Assembly: GCA_044351795.1 (NCBI GenBank)
Contig: JBILFA010000001.1
Coordinates: 28,094-92,093, forward strand
DNA length: 64,000 bases
Direction of reading: 5' to 3'
From: Bdellovibrionota bacterium
GTDB taxonomy: Bacteria > Bdellovibrionota_C > UBA2361 > OMII01
Within the stretch, counting starts at the first letter, position 1; every line of letters starts with the position of its first letter. Positions 35,204 to 45,498 of the stretch are shown here, piece by piece. The notes beneath the pieces were generated by a model. It was not told the origin of the DNA. It did not search any database and saw nothing but the letters and a program-made list of their open reading frames with translations. The position numbers and the translations under genes were made by a program.

Positions 35204-36268
35204 CTAAAGGGCCCTGCCAACCCCTTCGACAACTCCCGCCAGATCGTAAAAGCCGCGAAGATAAATGGTTCCTGGGGCGACCCTGGCCGAGCGCTCATCG
35301 TTCCCTCCGTGAGGGAGGTCGAGAAGAAAGGCCTGATTCGCGCCAGGGCGTTCAGAGATATAGCGAAATGCAGGGATGTCGTTCTCGCCATCGCCAAAAA
35401 ACAGGAACTTGAAGTGATCTTCTGTCCGCCCCGACAAAGTCGAAATGATGCGCGAAATCGATGACATTCCGTCGAATTTCGTAACTCCCCCACCTAAATC
35501 CGCCGTCCAGAGCGGTGAGCCATCCATAGGTTCGGTGACAAGACAGAGAACTCCGGCGTCATGAGCCTTGGCCTGTAGTGCGCGAACAAAGCGCTCCCCT
35601 GAACCATCACTCCCTTCGAGCACTTTGACGTACGCGCTCCCCCACCGGACACACGCCTCATTAGTGCGTTCCGGAGATGAGTGCTTCGACATTTCGAACA
35701 ATCTTTGAAAATGCTCGGGTTGTGTGTTGTCAGAGACGCTACTGCTCCACTGTTCCGACGCGATACCGCACTCAGTGCACGCGGGCATTACGACCGCCTC
35801 GCGAAGACGATCTACCGAGACGCGTGCAAGGTTAACTACTGTTAATCCCGACTGAGAACGGTCTATCTTGAAGCCCGCATCTTCGAGTTTGCGCTCGAAT
35901 CGGTCCGGGAGCTTATCACAAAACACCACCGCTCCGTTCTCAGCGGCGGATACGCCGAAAAGGTCTCGACCATCGCTTGCACGAAACCCTAGGTTGAGGA
36001 TCCGACGAACCTCGAGCAGCGATCGCGAGGTACACAATCCTCCTATACGTTCGGGCTGACTCAAGAGTGGGCTGAGTGTTTCGCTACCGTGAGTTGCAAT
36101 GTGAGTGAAATGATCTTCGTCATTGGGAAAGCGGGGCGTCAAGGTGCCGTCGAAATCGCACGTGATGACGGTCGGTTGCACAGCACTTCTCGAGAGGTTT
36201 TCAAGCCACTGCTCGAGACGTGATCCATTACTAACTGAGGGCGATAGCATGCTCTTTGTTTGCCTCAA
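35204..36268 (-). CDS. HAD-IIB family sugar-phosphate phosphatase (SPP/T6PP/GGPP-like)
   Basis: HAD motif I VITCDFDGTLT; motif IV FLFFGDGENDIPAF; about 354 aa. Confidence 0.6.
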   Translation of the reverse strand: MRQTKSMLSPSVSNGSRLEQWLENLSRSAVQPTVITCDFDGTLTPRFPNDEDHFTHIATHGSETLSPLLSQPERIGGLCTSRSLLEVRRILNLGFRASDGRDLFGVSAAENGAVVFCDKLPDRFERKLEDAGFKIDRSQSGLTVVNLARVSVDRLREAVVMPACTECGIASEQWSSSVSDNTQPEHFQRLFEMSKHSSPERTNEACVRWGSAYVKVLEGSDGSGERFVRALQAKAHDAGVLCLVTEPMDGSPLWTADLGGGVTKFDGMSSISRIISTLSGRTEDHFKFLFFGDGENDIPAFRYISERPGANQAFLLDLPHGGNDERSARVAPGTIYLRGFYDLAGVVEGVGRAL

Positions 36269-36717
36269 AAGCGCTGATTATTACATTGCACGTCCAGAGT
36301 AGTGAGGACTACGGCACTAGTCAAAACTCTAGGTAACGTGTGACGTTTTACCCTCTCGTGTATGATATGTCATGCTATGAAATCCGACTAGAAAGCAGAG
36401 TGCTTCTTGTCAGTTGACAAAGAAGCAGGCCAGCGATACTTGTGGGGTCTTCGTTAACTCTTTGTTGAGTTGCTGGATACTTAAGTTACTGCAGCAGCTG
36501 TAGCTTCTAGGGTGTTACTGTACTTTGGGTTCTTGCCCGTTTGCTACAGAGACTTGTTCGGCAACGCTCGCTTGTCCCACTTTTCCGGGACGCATAATCG
36601 TAAATTCATTGTAAGGACCGTGGCGTTAGCACCCTTTTGGCTGATTGCTGATGCCGCAAGCGTTTCTTGCTCGATAATAGTCTACGACACGTAAGTAGCT
36701 CAAAGCACGGGGGATCC
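36269..36717. promoter_or_regulatory. divergent intergenic region (about 400 bp) between the HAD-IIB phosphatase and GT4 genes
   Basis: Long non-coding spacer between divergently oriented genes, relatively AT-rich; presumed shared promoter/regulatory region; no specific motif identified. Confidence 0.3.
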
Positions 36718-38202
36718 ATGTCTTCAGTATTCACAAACGGGGCTTTCACGCCTCCAGGACTTCGACAAGAACCGGTTGTCATCAACTCTCACATGTTTCA
36801 GGACTCCTTCGGAGCCCTCCCAGGGCGAACTAACGGTGTGGGTGGTTCTGCAACGGTGCATGCGCGGCAGGCTTTGGAGCTGGGAGATAAAGGGGTCATG
36901 GTGGCCCCGGCGGGCGATCCTGCACTTACTCTGAAGGATATCACCCTTCCCGCTGCAGCTTACGGTTTTCACGGAGAGTCCAAAGAACGCCACGACGACT
37001 GGTATGAACCTGGCAACAAGGCGTTCTTGGTCGAGCAGGTCTTGGGAACAATAACCGGACGCAATGACATTATCTATGCGCATATGCCGATCAGCGGACA
37101 GGTAGCGCTGGAGCACGTACAACAGCACAACAACCCGCTGGTATACCTCGGACACGCATGGGAGATTATTTCGGCAACTTTCTTTCCGTCACGGGATCTT
37201 AAGGTAGAGCGCCTACTAAGCGAGTATGCGATCATCTCGCACCTTGCAAAAAAAGGTGGTGGGATCATCGTGACCAACTCTAAATGGGAAGCAGACACGA
37301 TTGCGGAGGCGTACTCACAACCCCCGACGGAGCGTCACCTCAGAGAATTCATGCTGCGCTGCACAGGCGCGGAATTGACCGCGCAGCAGGAACGTCAAAT
37401 AAGCATTGCGTGCGGGTGCGCTGGCAGGAACTTCCAGGCTTTGGGGGCGCTGCCGTCCAAGGACCAGATCCGAGGCCTGTGTGTTCCGAATCCGATCGGA
37501 GTGGACACGAATGACTTTAACCCCACGCGGCGCGCGCACCTACGGCAGCTGAGGCGCATCGAGCTTTTGAAAAATCTCAATATCGACGGTGATGCCGTAG
37601 TTATCGGGAGTGTAGGTCGCATCCATCCCCAAAAGGACCCGATGGAGAGCATTAGGGTTTTTCACAAGGCCTACGATATTCTCGGCTCCAATAGGCCTAA
37701 AATGCACCTTCTCCTCGCGGGCCCGGGCGAGGTGAACCAAACAACGGGAGAACCCAAGGGTTACTTCAAAGACGTTGAGGAGTATCTACAGACTAAACAT
37801 GGTGAGATTCGCCACCTTGTTCATATCCCAGGTAGGCAAGAGTGTCCGGTGACGATCAACTCACTCTTGGATGTTCGGCTCGATACCGCAGAATTCGAGA
37901 CTTGGGGTCTCTCCCTGCAGGAAGCCCTTGCCATGGGAGTGCCATCGGTCGCGCGAAGCAACCCGGTCTACACTGAGCTGTACAAGGGCACCGGCATGGT
38001 TGTCGAAGAGTCTACCGAGGGTTTGGCAACGTCTCTCGCCAAACTTGCAATATCCGCGGACGACCGAGAGAGTTACGGTCAGACATGCGAAAAGATTGGC
38101 AGCCGCTATGATTGGACTGACTCCGTGGAGAAGTTGGGCAAGAACGTGCTGAGTAAGTTGGGCGTGGATTTGAATCTGCGGTCCGGCTCGAGGAACAATT
38201 AG
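36667..38202 (+). CDS. family 4 glycosyltransferase (sucrose-phosphate-synthase / glucosylglycerol-phosphate-synthase-like GT-B)
   Basis: GT-B Glycos_transf_1 C-terminal pattern (…IGSVGRIHPQKDPMESIRVF…LLLAGPG…EAMAMGVPSVAR). Real start may be the second ATG (36718). Confidence 0.65.
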   Translation: MLDNSLRHVSSSKHGGSMSSVFTNGAFTPPGLRQEPVVINSHMFQDSFGALPGRTNGVGGSATVHARQALELGDKGVMVAPAGDPALTLKDITLPAAAYGFHGESKERHDDWYEPGNKAFLVEQVLGTITGRNDIIYAHMPISGQVALEHVQQHNNPLVYLGHAWEIISATFFPSRDLKVERLLSEYAIISHLAKKGGGIIVTNSKWEADTIAEAYSQPPTERHLREFMLRCTGAELTAQQERQISIACGCAGRNFQALGALPSKDQIRGLCVPNPIGVDTNDFNPTRRAHLRQLRRIELLKNLNIDGDAVVIGSVGRIHPQKDPMESIRVFHKAYDILGSNRPKMHLLLAGPGEVNQTTGEPKGYFKDVEEYLQTKHGEIRHLVHIPGRQECPVTINSLLDVRLDTAEFETWGLSLQEALAMGVPSVARSNPVYTELYKGTGMVVEESTEGLATSLAKLAISADDRESYGQTCEKIGSRYDWTDSVEKLGKNVLSKLGVDLNLRSGSRNN

Positions 38203-38313
38203 GCGCTTTTGCTCGGGGAGCACGCTACCGTAGAGGGGCGCTTGATAAGCGCGGCATTCGACGATGTAGGTATCTGCTCGAAAGAGAACACCTTCAAGAG
38301 GCATTCATGAAGC

Positions 38314-38351
38314 GAGCGGCATGGTCCATGCCGCTCCTGCTTCCTTTTTTC
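38314..38351 (+). terminator. rho-independent terminator (GAGCGGCAT-ggtcc-ATGCCGCTC followed by CTTCCTTTTTTC)
   Basis: 9-bp perfect GC-rich stem plus T-run, about 110 nt downstream of the GT4 stop. Confidence 0.55.
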
Positions 38352-38449
38352 ATGACCCACCGACTTCTCTGTCGATGAGCCTTTTGTAATTGTGAGGACT
38401 ACTTGCTTGCCCTATTTTACGGGGCTAAGCTCCTCTTTCTCACAGTTGA

Positions 38450-40729
38450 GTGCCACCTACCATGCTATTCTATTTCCTGATCTTTGCGGCATTTCTCTTT
38501 GCTATCGTTCTTTGTACACATGGAGTCGTCAGAGCCGCGCTTAAGGTGGGTCGTGGAATCGATATTCCGACCGTTACCTTGTCATTAGTGCTTGGAATCC
38601 CCCTGTTTCTCCTCTCCTTTTCACTGGTGGCTCGTGTCATTGCTCCCTACCAGTTTGCTTTACCACTAACGCTGTTGCTTCTCTTTGGGGCGGGGTGTTG
38701 CGCTAATCGTGGTTCGAATAAGCCGGTGTGGTGCCTCGGTTGGTCGGACCGCGTGTGCTTGAGTTTCTTTGGAATGCTCGCTCTTTCGAGCTATCTCTTG
38801 AGAACGTATTGGCCTGCGATTCACTGGGAAAATTCGGTGGTACGGATCGGTGTGGAGCGGATGTTTAACCTTTCACTCCAGCAATCGTTCCTTCACGCAA
38901 GGGGCTGGCCGGTCGAGAACCTGTGGTTGTACGGGGAGCCGCTTGATTACCATGTGCTGTTGCGTGCCCTGCCTGGGCTTACGAGTTGGATTGTCCGCGC
39001 TGTGACGGGAGACGCTATGTCGGGGGGGGTGATCTACCTTCTCACAGATGCGCTCTATCTTTCACTCGCTCCAACTGCTTTGCTCGCATGTGCTCTCATT
39101 ACGGTACCGCTGGTCTATCCGCAGGTTGCGAGGGTCAAGGTTGCGCTGCTGTCGGGGCTCTTCGCACTGCTGGCGTTTCTGACCCCTAATGGAACTGCGC
39201 TCGCAAAGTCGCTTCGTTTTTTCTTTTTCGGGACGGGCTCCGACGATTTTTGGCGGCTTCAGCATGCAGTAGTACCAGGCACGGTGAGTTATTTCCCCTT
39301 CGGGCTTCTCCTGAGTGGAGAGAGTCATTCCTATGCACAGGCTCCTTTTCTGAGCGTTTGCTGGTTAGGGCTCACCATCGTGTACGTCGCTGGGACCAAG
39401 AATTTCACTCTGACAACTATCCTAGCCGCGCTTGGAGCCATGATTACGCAGAGCCACCCAGCCACGGCGATGGTGTGCGCGCTCGTGTCGCTTCCACTGT
39501 TTACGTGGGATGCCGTGTGGCCTTTTTGGAGGAGAGAGGAGCGTCCGTGGCGTAATGGCGCGCATTCGCTCTTGCTAGGATTCCTGGCGGGGATACTACT
39601 CATTCCGATGTATCTGGAACACCTGCCGCCCGAGATGAAATGGGTATTCGTTAGTACCTCGGTTGTCAGCTCGGTTTGGCCGTTCATAAAGGTGCACCTC
39701 TTTGCAACTCTTTGCCTGCTCATGGCAGCAGTAGCCCTTGTAGCGAGTGCGCATAGCTCACAGGGCGAGCGCCTGCGGGCTAGAGGTCTCGTGTGGCTTT
39801 CAAGCATCATGCTGTGCGCCATCTCCTTATATCAGCGGCCGATTATCGCGCTCTCAATAGTGTACGCGGGGCTCGTTGTTCTCCTGCTTGGAGCCAAGCG
39901 TCCCGTGCCCGTTCTTGTGTTGCTGGGCGCATTTCTGGTTTGGATCTTTCCGGAAGTTGCGGTAACCGACTGGGTCTATGACAACCGCACTGATTGGATT
40001 CGTTTTAATACGGCGATGCGGTTGTGGCTCGAATCTACGTACCTCTTCCCTCTGGCTGCTCTTCTTCTCGTTACGCCGGAATTCGCGGCTATGCTGGAGA
40101 AGCCTCGGGTGCGGCTGGTAGTGGCCAGCGGAGTTTTTTCATTGCTTGGCTGTGTGCTCATCTCTCTGTATGCCTTCACCACGGCGCGTATGGACCGCGC
40201 TCCCGAGCGTCCATCAGTTGATGGGTACACCTTCTTACGGGATGAGCGCCCGAGGGACTTCGAATTGATCAACTACCTCAACCAACTTCCGGGAACCGTT
40301 GTAATTGGGGAGGCGTGCGGGGACGGTTCTCATCCGCTGTTGCCGTACCATTACGGATCACCGGGGCGTATCGCAGCGTTTTCCGGTAGGCCGTCACTGT
40401 GTGGATGGGCGAGGCACACCTGGATGTTTCAACGGCGCTTACGACGTGCAAATGTAGCAAATGAGACGATTTGGCAGTCGTTTCTCTCCACTGGGGAGAG
40501 TCTCAAGATCCTCTACACAACTACAAGCGCTACTGAATCCGAGAATGAGGCTGCGCTACGCGCACTTCGCTATCTTAGGCAACGGGGAGTAACACACCTG
40601 GTTGTTGGAGAGCTCGAGAGAGCGGTGTTCCCGACTGCGGAGCCGCAGAGCATCGCGCGGGCGATTGGAGGGCGAGTTATCTTTAACCCCGCTCCGGGAA
40701 TCGGAGTGGTTGAATTGCCGGGAGTGTGA
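38450..40729 (+). CDS. large polytopic membrane protein (GT-C-like / YfhO-like candidate glycosyltransferase)
   Basis: 759 aa, many TM helices in N-terminal two-thirds plus a soluble C-terminal domain; function inferred only from architecture and context. Confidence 0.45.
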   Translation: MPPTMLFYFLIFAAFLFAIVLCTHGVVRAALKVGRGIDIPTVTLSLVLGIPLFLLSFSLVARVIAPYQFALPLTLLLLFGAGCCANRGSNKPVWCLGWSDRVCLSFFGMLALSSYLLRTYWPAIHWENSVVRIGVERMFNLSLQQSFLHARGWPVENLWLYGEPLDYHVLLRALPGLTSWIVRAVTGDAMSGGVIYLLTDALYLSLAPTALLACALITVPLVYPQVARVKVALLSGLFALLAFLTPNGTALAKSLRFFFFGTGSDDFWRLQHAVVPGTVSYFPFGLLLSGESHSYAQAPFLSVCWLGLTIVYVAGTKNFTLTTILAALGAMITQSHPATAMVCALVSLPLFTWDAVWPFWRREERPWRNGAHSLLLGFLAGILLIPMYLEHLPPEMKWVFVSTSVVSSVWPFIKVHLFATLCLLMAAVALVASAHSSQGERLRARGLVWLSSIMLCAISLYQRPIIALSIVYAGLVVLLLGAKRPVPVLVLLGAFLVWIFPEVAVTDWVYDNRTDWIRFNTAMRLWLESTYLFPLAALLLVTPEFAAMLEKPRVRLVVASGVFSLLGCVLISLYAFTTARMDRAPERPSVDGYTFLRDERPRDFELINYLNQLPGTVVIGEACGDGSHPLLPYHYGSPGRIAAFSGRPSLCGWARHTWMFQRRLRRANVANETIWQSFLSTGESLKILYTTTSATESENEAALRALRYLRQRGVTHLVVGELERAVFPTAEPQSIARAIGGRVIFNPAPGIGVVELPGV

Positions 40730-40833
40730 GCGAGGGCTTACCTCAGACTGATTGGTAACTCCCACCGGATGACGCACGGCGGAAAGATGGTCCTGTATCG
40801 TTGATAACGAGTCGTAGGAGACAGAACGACTTT

Positions 40834-43002
40834 TCATCTCTTTGGAGAGAAAAAGTTAGAAGCAACACTGGCCACCCTCTTTGGTGCTCTGGGGAAGATG
40901 AAAGGCAAAAGCAAACACAGGAAAAAGAGAAGTGATCTTAGTCGCAACGGCCGGTACTGAAGATCCAACCGATGTTCTCCTTTGGGTATCTCCACACCGA
41001 TAAAACCGGGTGTGACTCTCAGTGTCTTGTGCCTCTTCCCATCAACGAGAAGCTCCCAACGCGGGTGATATCCGATCTTGAAGACGACGAGTGCTGCTTC
41101 GTCGAGAGACACGACTGCTTGAACTGACTCCTGTGTCCAGCGCGACTCATTGATTCGTCCTTGCACCGGCTGCGAGCTGCTATCGAGCGGCAAAAAGTGC
41201 TGAGAGCTGAAGAGCAGACCTGGCTTAGCGCCGGAGGGGTGCGAGACTATCTCACCGTATGCTCCGCGAGCTGCTACGCCGAGAGAGACCCAGCGTGTCA
41301 TGAAGCGAGCAGCATCCGCCTTACTGCCCCAGCCTTCGAACTCAAGGTGCGCAAGTGTCACTGGACTTGCTGCGGCGTACTCGTAGAGCACAAACTGCTT
41401 GTAGCTTTTACGCAAAGCCAAGAACTCCGGGGGCGTCCATGAAGGGGGCGCTATCACGTAACGGACGCCGAACAGGTCGTATCGATCGCGCTTGAGAGGA
41501 TCGAATTCAAACATCACATCGCCCGCCAATCCGAATGGATGAAAGAGCATCCCCAACGCCGGTTGCCCTGCTACCATTACTCGGTGATAGATGGGCGTTA
41601 CACCGGCTACCTTGGTAGTGTTAGCCCAATCCCGCGCCATCCCCGCATACACCCATCCGCGCGGGGATTGTCGCAGCAATGAAAGAAGGTCGTTTAGGTC
41701 CTGCTCCTCCTGGTCCGCATAACGGATACCTGCGATCCATGAATGCCGCAGCTTGAAGGTTTCCGCCCGCTCGGCCAGGGCCGGATACAGAATAACTACA
41801 CTCAGAATGACGGCGACAAGACGGGAGGGTATCTGCCGAAATATCTCGGCGAAAGCGCGCGCCGCCATACAGATCCCAAAGATGTGCACCCCGACGATGA
41901 AACGATGCATGTGCATCGAACTCAATCCCGGCAGCGATCCGAACAACCATCCCCACACCTCGTATCCGGAAAGAAGCGATAACCAGACACCGAAGCAGGA
42001 CAGAATCACCGCCGCGTAGAAGCGCTGCTCGCTGTGCGCGGAACGGAATAGGTCGAGCACGAGCAGAACAGCCCCGAGGAGCAGCATGACCGAAAGAACA
42101 GGCAAACGCCCCTGATCGAAGAGTGTCCCGTCTATGAGGTGCGTATAGGTCCACTTGATTCCGTGCGAGGCAAATTTCCAACTCGGCTCGAGCACACTCT
42201 GGTGGATGATAGCGGTGTCGGGGATGAGCGTTACGAGCTGATAGGAGATGACCAACCCACATCCAACAACGAATAGTAGGAGCCTTGTAAAAACAATTTT
42301 CTTGGGTGACTGCGTAAAAAGCAGCATGGCTGCCGCCGTGACGGTGGTGAATCCGATCAAGTGAACTGAGAGAAGATGCGACCCGCACCCTAGAAACACG
42401 AGCAAAAGCGCCGTCGGAAGGTGCCGTCCTGTTCGAAGGTAGTCGATAATGTACCCGATCGCCGGTGCCACGAACACCAATGCCCACAACTGGCTGATGA
42501 TACCGTGCGTGCCCCAACTATAGTTCTGCATCCCCATGCCATACCCACCAACCTCTGCCACGAGAACAGAGAGGGCCCCTGCAAAGGCCGAGGGCACAGG
42601 AGCGCATCCGAGTTTCCGCGCCAGGGTATAGAACGACCAGGGAAGTAGCGCCGCTAAGGCGATAGTAAAAGCGGCGAGGATCGTCGGCAGAGAAACGGCC
42701 TCAAACAATGCTCGATACACCGCATACATAGTGAGGTGTGGAAGGCTCTGGTACGATCGCACAAGCGCGTGTCCGAACGGACTACCGTCAAAGATGAAGT
42801 CAAAGGCACTTCCCCCGGATTGCACAGCATCATGCATCTGCTGGATTATCGCGAGGTGAAAGGAGATATCACTGAACTGGTTCGGTCCCGCCGCCAACTC
42901 CGGCAGAAACGCCCAGAGGAGCGCAAGGCTAGACACCTTGAGCAGGCCGAAAGCTAGATACCGCTCCTGCTTATTCCCAACGTATTCATCGGATTTCATC
43001 AA
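40834..43002 (-). CDS. large polytopic membrane protein (GT-C-like / YfhO-like candidate glycosyltransferase)
   Basis: 722 aa, same architecture as 38450–40729; convergent with it. Confidence 0.45.
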   Translation of the reverse strand: MMKSDEYVGNKQERYLAFGLLKVSSLALLWAFLPELAAGPNQFSDISFHLAIIQQMHDAVQSGGSAFDFIFDGSPFGHALVRSYQSLPHLTMYAVYRALFEAVSLPTILAAFTIALAALLPWSFYTLARKLGCAPVPSAFAGALSVLVAEVGGYGMGMQNYSWGTHGIISQLWALVFVAPAIGYIIDYLRTGRHLPTALLLVFLGCGSHLLSVHLIGFTTVTAAAMLLFTQSPKKIVFTRLLLFVVGCGLVISYQLVTLIPDTAIIHQSVLEPSWKFASHGIKWTYTHLIDGTLFDQGRLPVLSVMLLLGAVLLVLDLFRSAHSEQRFYAAVILSCFGVWLSLLSGYEVWGWLFGSLPGLSSMHMHRFIVGVHIFGICMAARAFAEIFRQIPSRLVAVILSVVILYPALAERAETFKLRHSWIAGIRYADQEEQDLNDLLSLLRQSPRGWVYAGMARDWANTTKVAGVTPIYHRVMVAGQPALGMLFHPFGLAGDVMFEFDPLKRDRYDLFGVRYVIAPPSWTPPEFLALRKSYKQFVLYEYAAASPVTLAHLEFEGWGSKADAARFMTRWVSLGVAARGAYGEIVSHPSGAKPGLLFSSQHFLPLDSSSQPVQGRINESRWTQESVQAVVSLDEAALVVFKIGYHPRWELLVDGKRHKTLRVTPGFIGVEIPKGEHRLDLQYRPLRLRSLLFFLCLLLPFIFPRAPKRVASVASNFFSPKR

Positions 43003-43169
43003 GTGCTCGCTGTGGTGCGACGTGCGGAAAGTTTTTTACCAACGCACGTCCTCTCGCCGCGCTGAGGCTGTTCTGTTAGGCGACCTCTACGCTGCAAACA
43101 GTCTACATGCTACAGTTCGTCGCCTGCAACCAAACGGTCGGCACCTGAAGACACGTAGTGGACTAGGCA

Positions 43170-43685
43170 CTAGTTGCTCTGCGCTCCCATCTTCCGAATG
43201 AGATCCTCTTGGCGTGCCCTCGCTTTTTCATGGTTCTGGTCAACTCGTAGGAGAAGACGGATCTCTTCGTAGGCACCCCGAAGGTCCCCCTGCTCTTCGA
43301 GTACCAGGCTCTGATTGAAGCGAGCGGCGTGCAGCAGATCTTGCAGCTCTGTAATCGCCACGGCATAAAGCTCCTTCGCCCGGTCTCGATTTCCATCGAG
43401 CTGTTCGACCCAGCCGAGACCAAAAAGCGCTACCGGATCCTTGCCATCCCCTTGCAAGGCCGCGTTGAAATCCTCGCGCGCCTCCTTGCGTTTCTCGGCA
43501 TCGTTAGCACTTGTCGACATGAGGACTATCCCCTGGCGGCCGGGTGACGCTGCCACCGAAGCAGCAAACAATCCCTTCAAACTATCCTGAAATCCCCAGC
43601 CTACCGCCAACACAACGGCGAGTGTTACACCTATAATATTTCGAAAGTTTCCTGTCTCAGACATAATCAAGCATCCTGGAAGCAC
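43170..43685 (-). CDS. tetratricopeptide-repeat protein with N-terminal signal/anchor
   Basis: N-terminal hydrophobic segment; TPR-like helical repeats (…AKELYAVAITELQDLLHAARFNQSLVLEEQGDLRGAYEEI…). Confidence 0.5.
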   Translation of the reverse strand: MLPGCLIMSETGNFRNIIGVTLAVVLAVGWGFQDSLKGLFAASVAASPGRQGIVLMSTSANDAEKRKEAREDFNAALQGDGKDPVALFGLGWVEQLDGNRDRAKELYAVAITELQDLLHAARFNQSLVLEEQGDLRGAYEEIRLLLRVDQNHEKARARQEDLIRKMGAQSN

Positions 43686-44268
43686 TCATATGCCGAAGAG
43701 TTCCCATATAAAGCGAAATCTCGAACGAGTGCAACACAGAGACTTCGGAGGGGAGGAGAGAGCAAATAGGTACCTGTGTAGCCAGTAGCCTCCGCCAAGA
43801 GCAACCTCGATAGACTGTCCATGACCCAGCGCCAGAAGCAATAACAGCAGGGAGAGATTAGGGACAGAAGCTGTGAGACATGGCGATTGGTCTCGAGAAT
43901 GGACGTAGGAGCTCCTACAGTGAGGATATTCACCAACAGGTCCTTGTCATTTTAACTCCCGAAGTTCTGCTCCCTCAGGAGCTGTATCTCTGCTCATCAA
44001 TTAGGTCACTCAGTACAGCAAAACTACCGCGCTTCGCCTGGCTCGGGTCTGAGCTAACAAGTCTTGTTTGGGTGTCGCTGCCCATGTTGTACTTGCAAGT
44101 GCGCTATATAACCGCAATAAAAGCCAACTTCCAGTACTCAATTACGCCATCTGTTGTTGGGGAAGGTCGTCTGCGCAAGGGGCCGATAAAGAATTTATTA
44201 GTGTGGCGGTGAGGTTGCATAAGACCTAAAGTATCAAGACAATGTGCTAGCAGCTTGAGCGGAGTAAC

Positions 44269-45498
44269 ATGAAAAGGGATTGTATCGTCGTGGGTGGTGG
44301 GCTGGTCGGTCTGAGCACTGCCTATCATTTTTTACTCGCACGTCCCGGCTCATCAGTCTGCGTCCTCGAAAAGGAACCGAGAGTTGCGGATCATCAGAGC
44401 ACACGGAACTCGGGTGTCATTCACACCGGAGTTTATTACAAACCAGGGTCCTACAAGGCCCAGCTTTGCATAAAGGGTAGGCTTGCTCTTCTGGAGTTTG
44501 CGGCGCAACACAACATCGAACATGCAATCTGCGGCAAATTAATCGTTGCGACATCCCCCGCAGAAATGGACCAACTGACCGCATTGCATGCCCGGGGGCA
44601 AACGAACCATGTCCGAGTACAGCTCCTCACATCAGAAGAAATGAAAGAGAGGGAACCCTACGTCACGGGACTGGGAGCTATCTGGGTTCCCGACGCTGGA
44701 GTGATTGATTTTAGAGGTCTTGCTGAAGCTCTTGTTGCGCAAATTCGCTCTCGAGGAGGTGAGGTTTTAACTGGTGCCCATGTCATATCTGCTTCACGGG
44801 CGGGAGAGGAGTGGAGCCTCTCCGGGACATTCTCCGACATCAGGTCTTCGTATGTTGTAAACTGTGCGGGCCTTTACTCCGACCGGATTGCACGGGTCTT
44901 CGGAGAACGCCCTCTCGGGCAGATAGTTCCCTTCCGCGGCGAATATTATGTTCTGAAAGAATCGGCCCGGAAGCTTTGTAATAGCTTGATTTACCCCGTA
45001 CCAGACCCGCGCTTTCCCTTTTTGGGCGTTCACTTTACGAGACGATTTGACGGGTCTGTGGAATGTGGGCCAAATGCGGTTCCAGCTTTCACCCGAGAGG
45101 GATATTCTTGGCGAGAGTTTCACTTAACTGATGTCGCCGATATGCTCGGTTTTTCCGGATTCAGGCATCTGGCGCGACGCCATTGGCGGATGGGCGCCGG
45201 TGAAATGTATCGCTCTGTTTTCAAGAGTGCATTCGTGAAAGCCCTTCAGAAGCTCGTACCGGCGGTAACTGCGGAAGACCTCGTTCCAGGCGGTTCTGGA
45301 GTAAGGGCACAGCTTGTTCAGCCCGCGGGTGAATTGGAACAAGACTTCGCATTCTCGGAATCGCCAGGGGCGTTACACGTACTCAATGCACCGTCCCCCG
45401 CCGCCACGAGTTGCCTCGCGATTGGGGAGGAGGTAGTGAAGCGGATTTTAGGCGAAAAAAGGAATGCGCGCGCAGCAGAAGCAGGCAGAGTATTTTAG
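44269..45498 (+). CDS. lhgO: L-2-hydroxyglutarate oxidase-like FAD-dependent oxidoreductase
   Basis: N-terminal DCIVVGGGLVGLSTAY (FAD Rossmann) …NSGVIHTGVYYKPGSYKAQLC…, closely following the LhgO/YgaF pattern. Confidence 0.75.
   Translation: MKRDCIVVGGGLVGLSTAYHFLLARPGSSVCVLEKEPRVADHQSTRNSGVIHTGVYYKPGSYKAQLCIKGRLALLEFAAQHNIEHAICGKLIVATSPAEMDQLTALHARGQTNHVRVQLLTSEEMKEREPYVTGLGAIWVPDAGVIDFRGLAEALVAQIRSRGGEVLTGAHVISASRAGEEWSLSGTFSDIRSSYVVNCAGLYSDRIARVFGERPLGQIVPFRGEYYVLKESARKLCNSLIYPVPDPRFPFLGVHFTRRFDGSVECGPNAVPAFTREGYSWREFHLTDVADMLGFSGFRHLARRHWRMGAGEMYRSVFKSAFVKALQKLVPAVTAEDLVPGGSGVRAQLVQPAGELEQDFAFSESPGALHVLNAPSPAATSCLAIGEEVVKRILGEKRNARAAEAGRVF

Noticed and set aside
41621-42517. 298-aa − strand ORF (Arg/Gly/Ala-rich) overlapping the 40834–43002 membrane-protein gene in another frame
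   Set aside because: Low-complexity, overlaps a longer ORF on the same strand with convincing membrane-protein character; alternative-frame artefact.
43686-44268. Small ORFs (43880–44212 +, 44104–44328 −) in the spacer upstream of lhgO
   Set aside because: No motifs; overlapping each other on opposite strands; region more likely promoter or UTR. Not supported.
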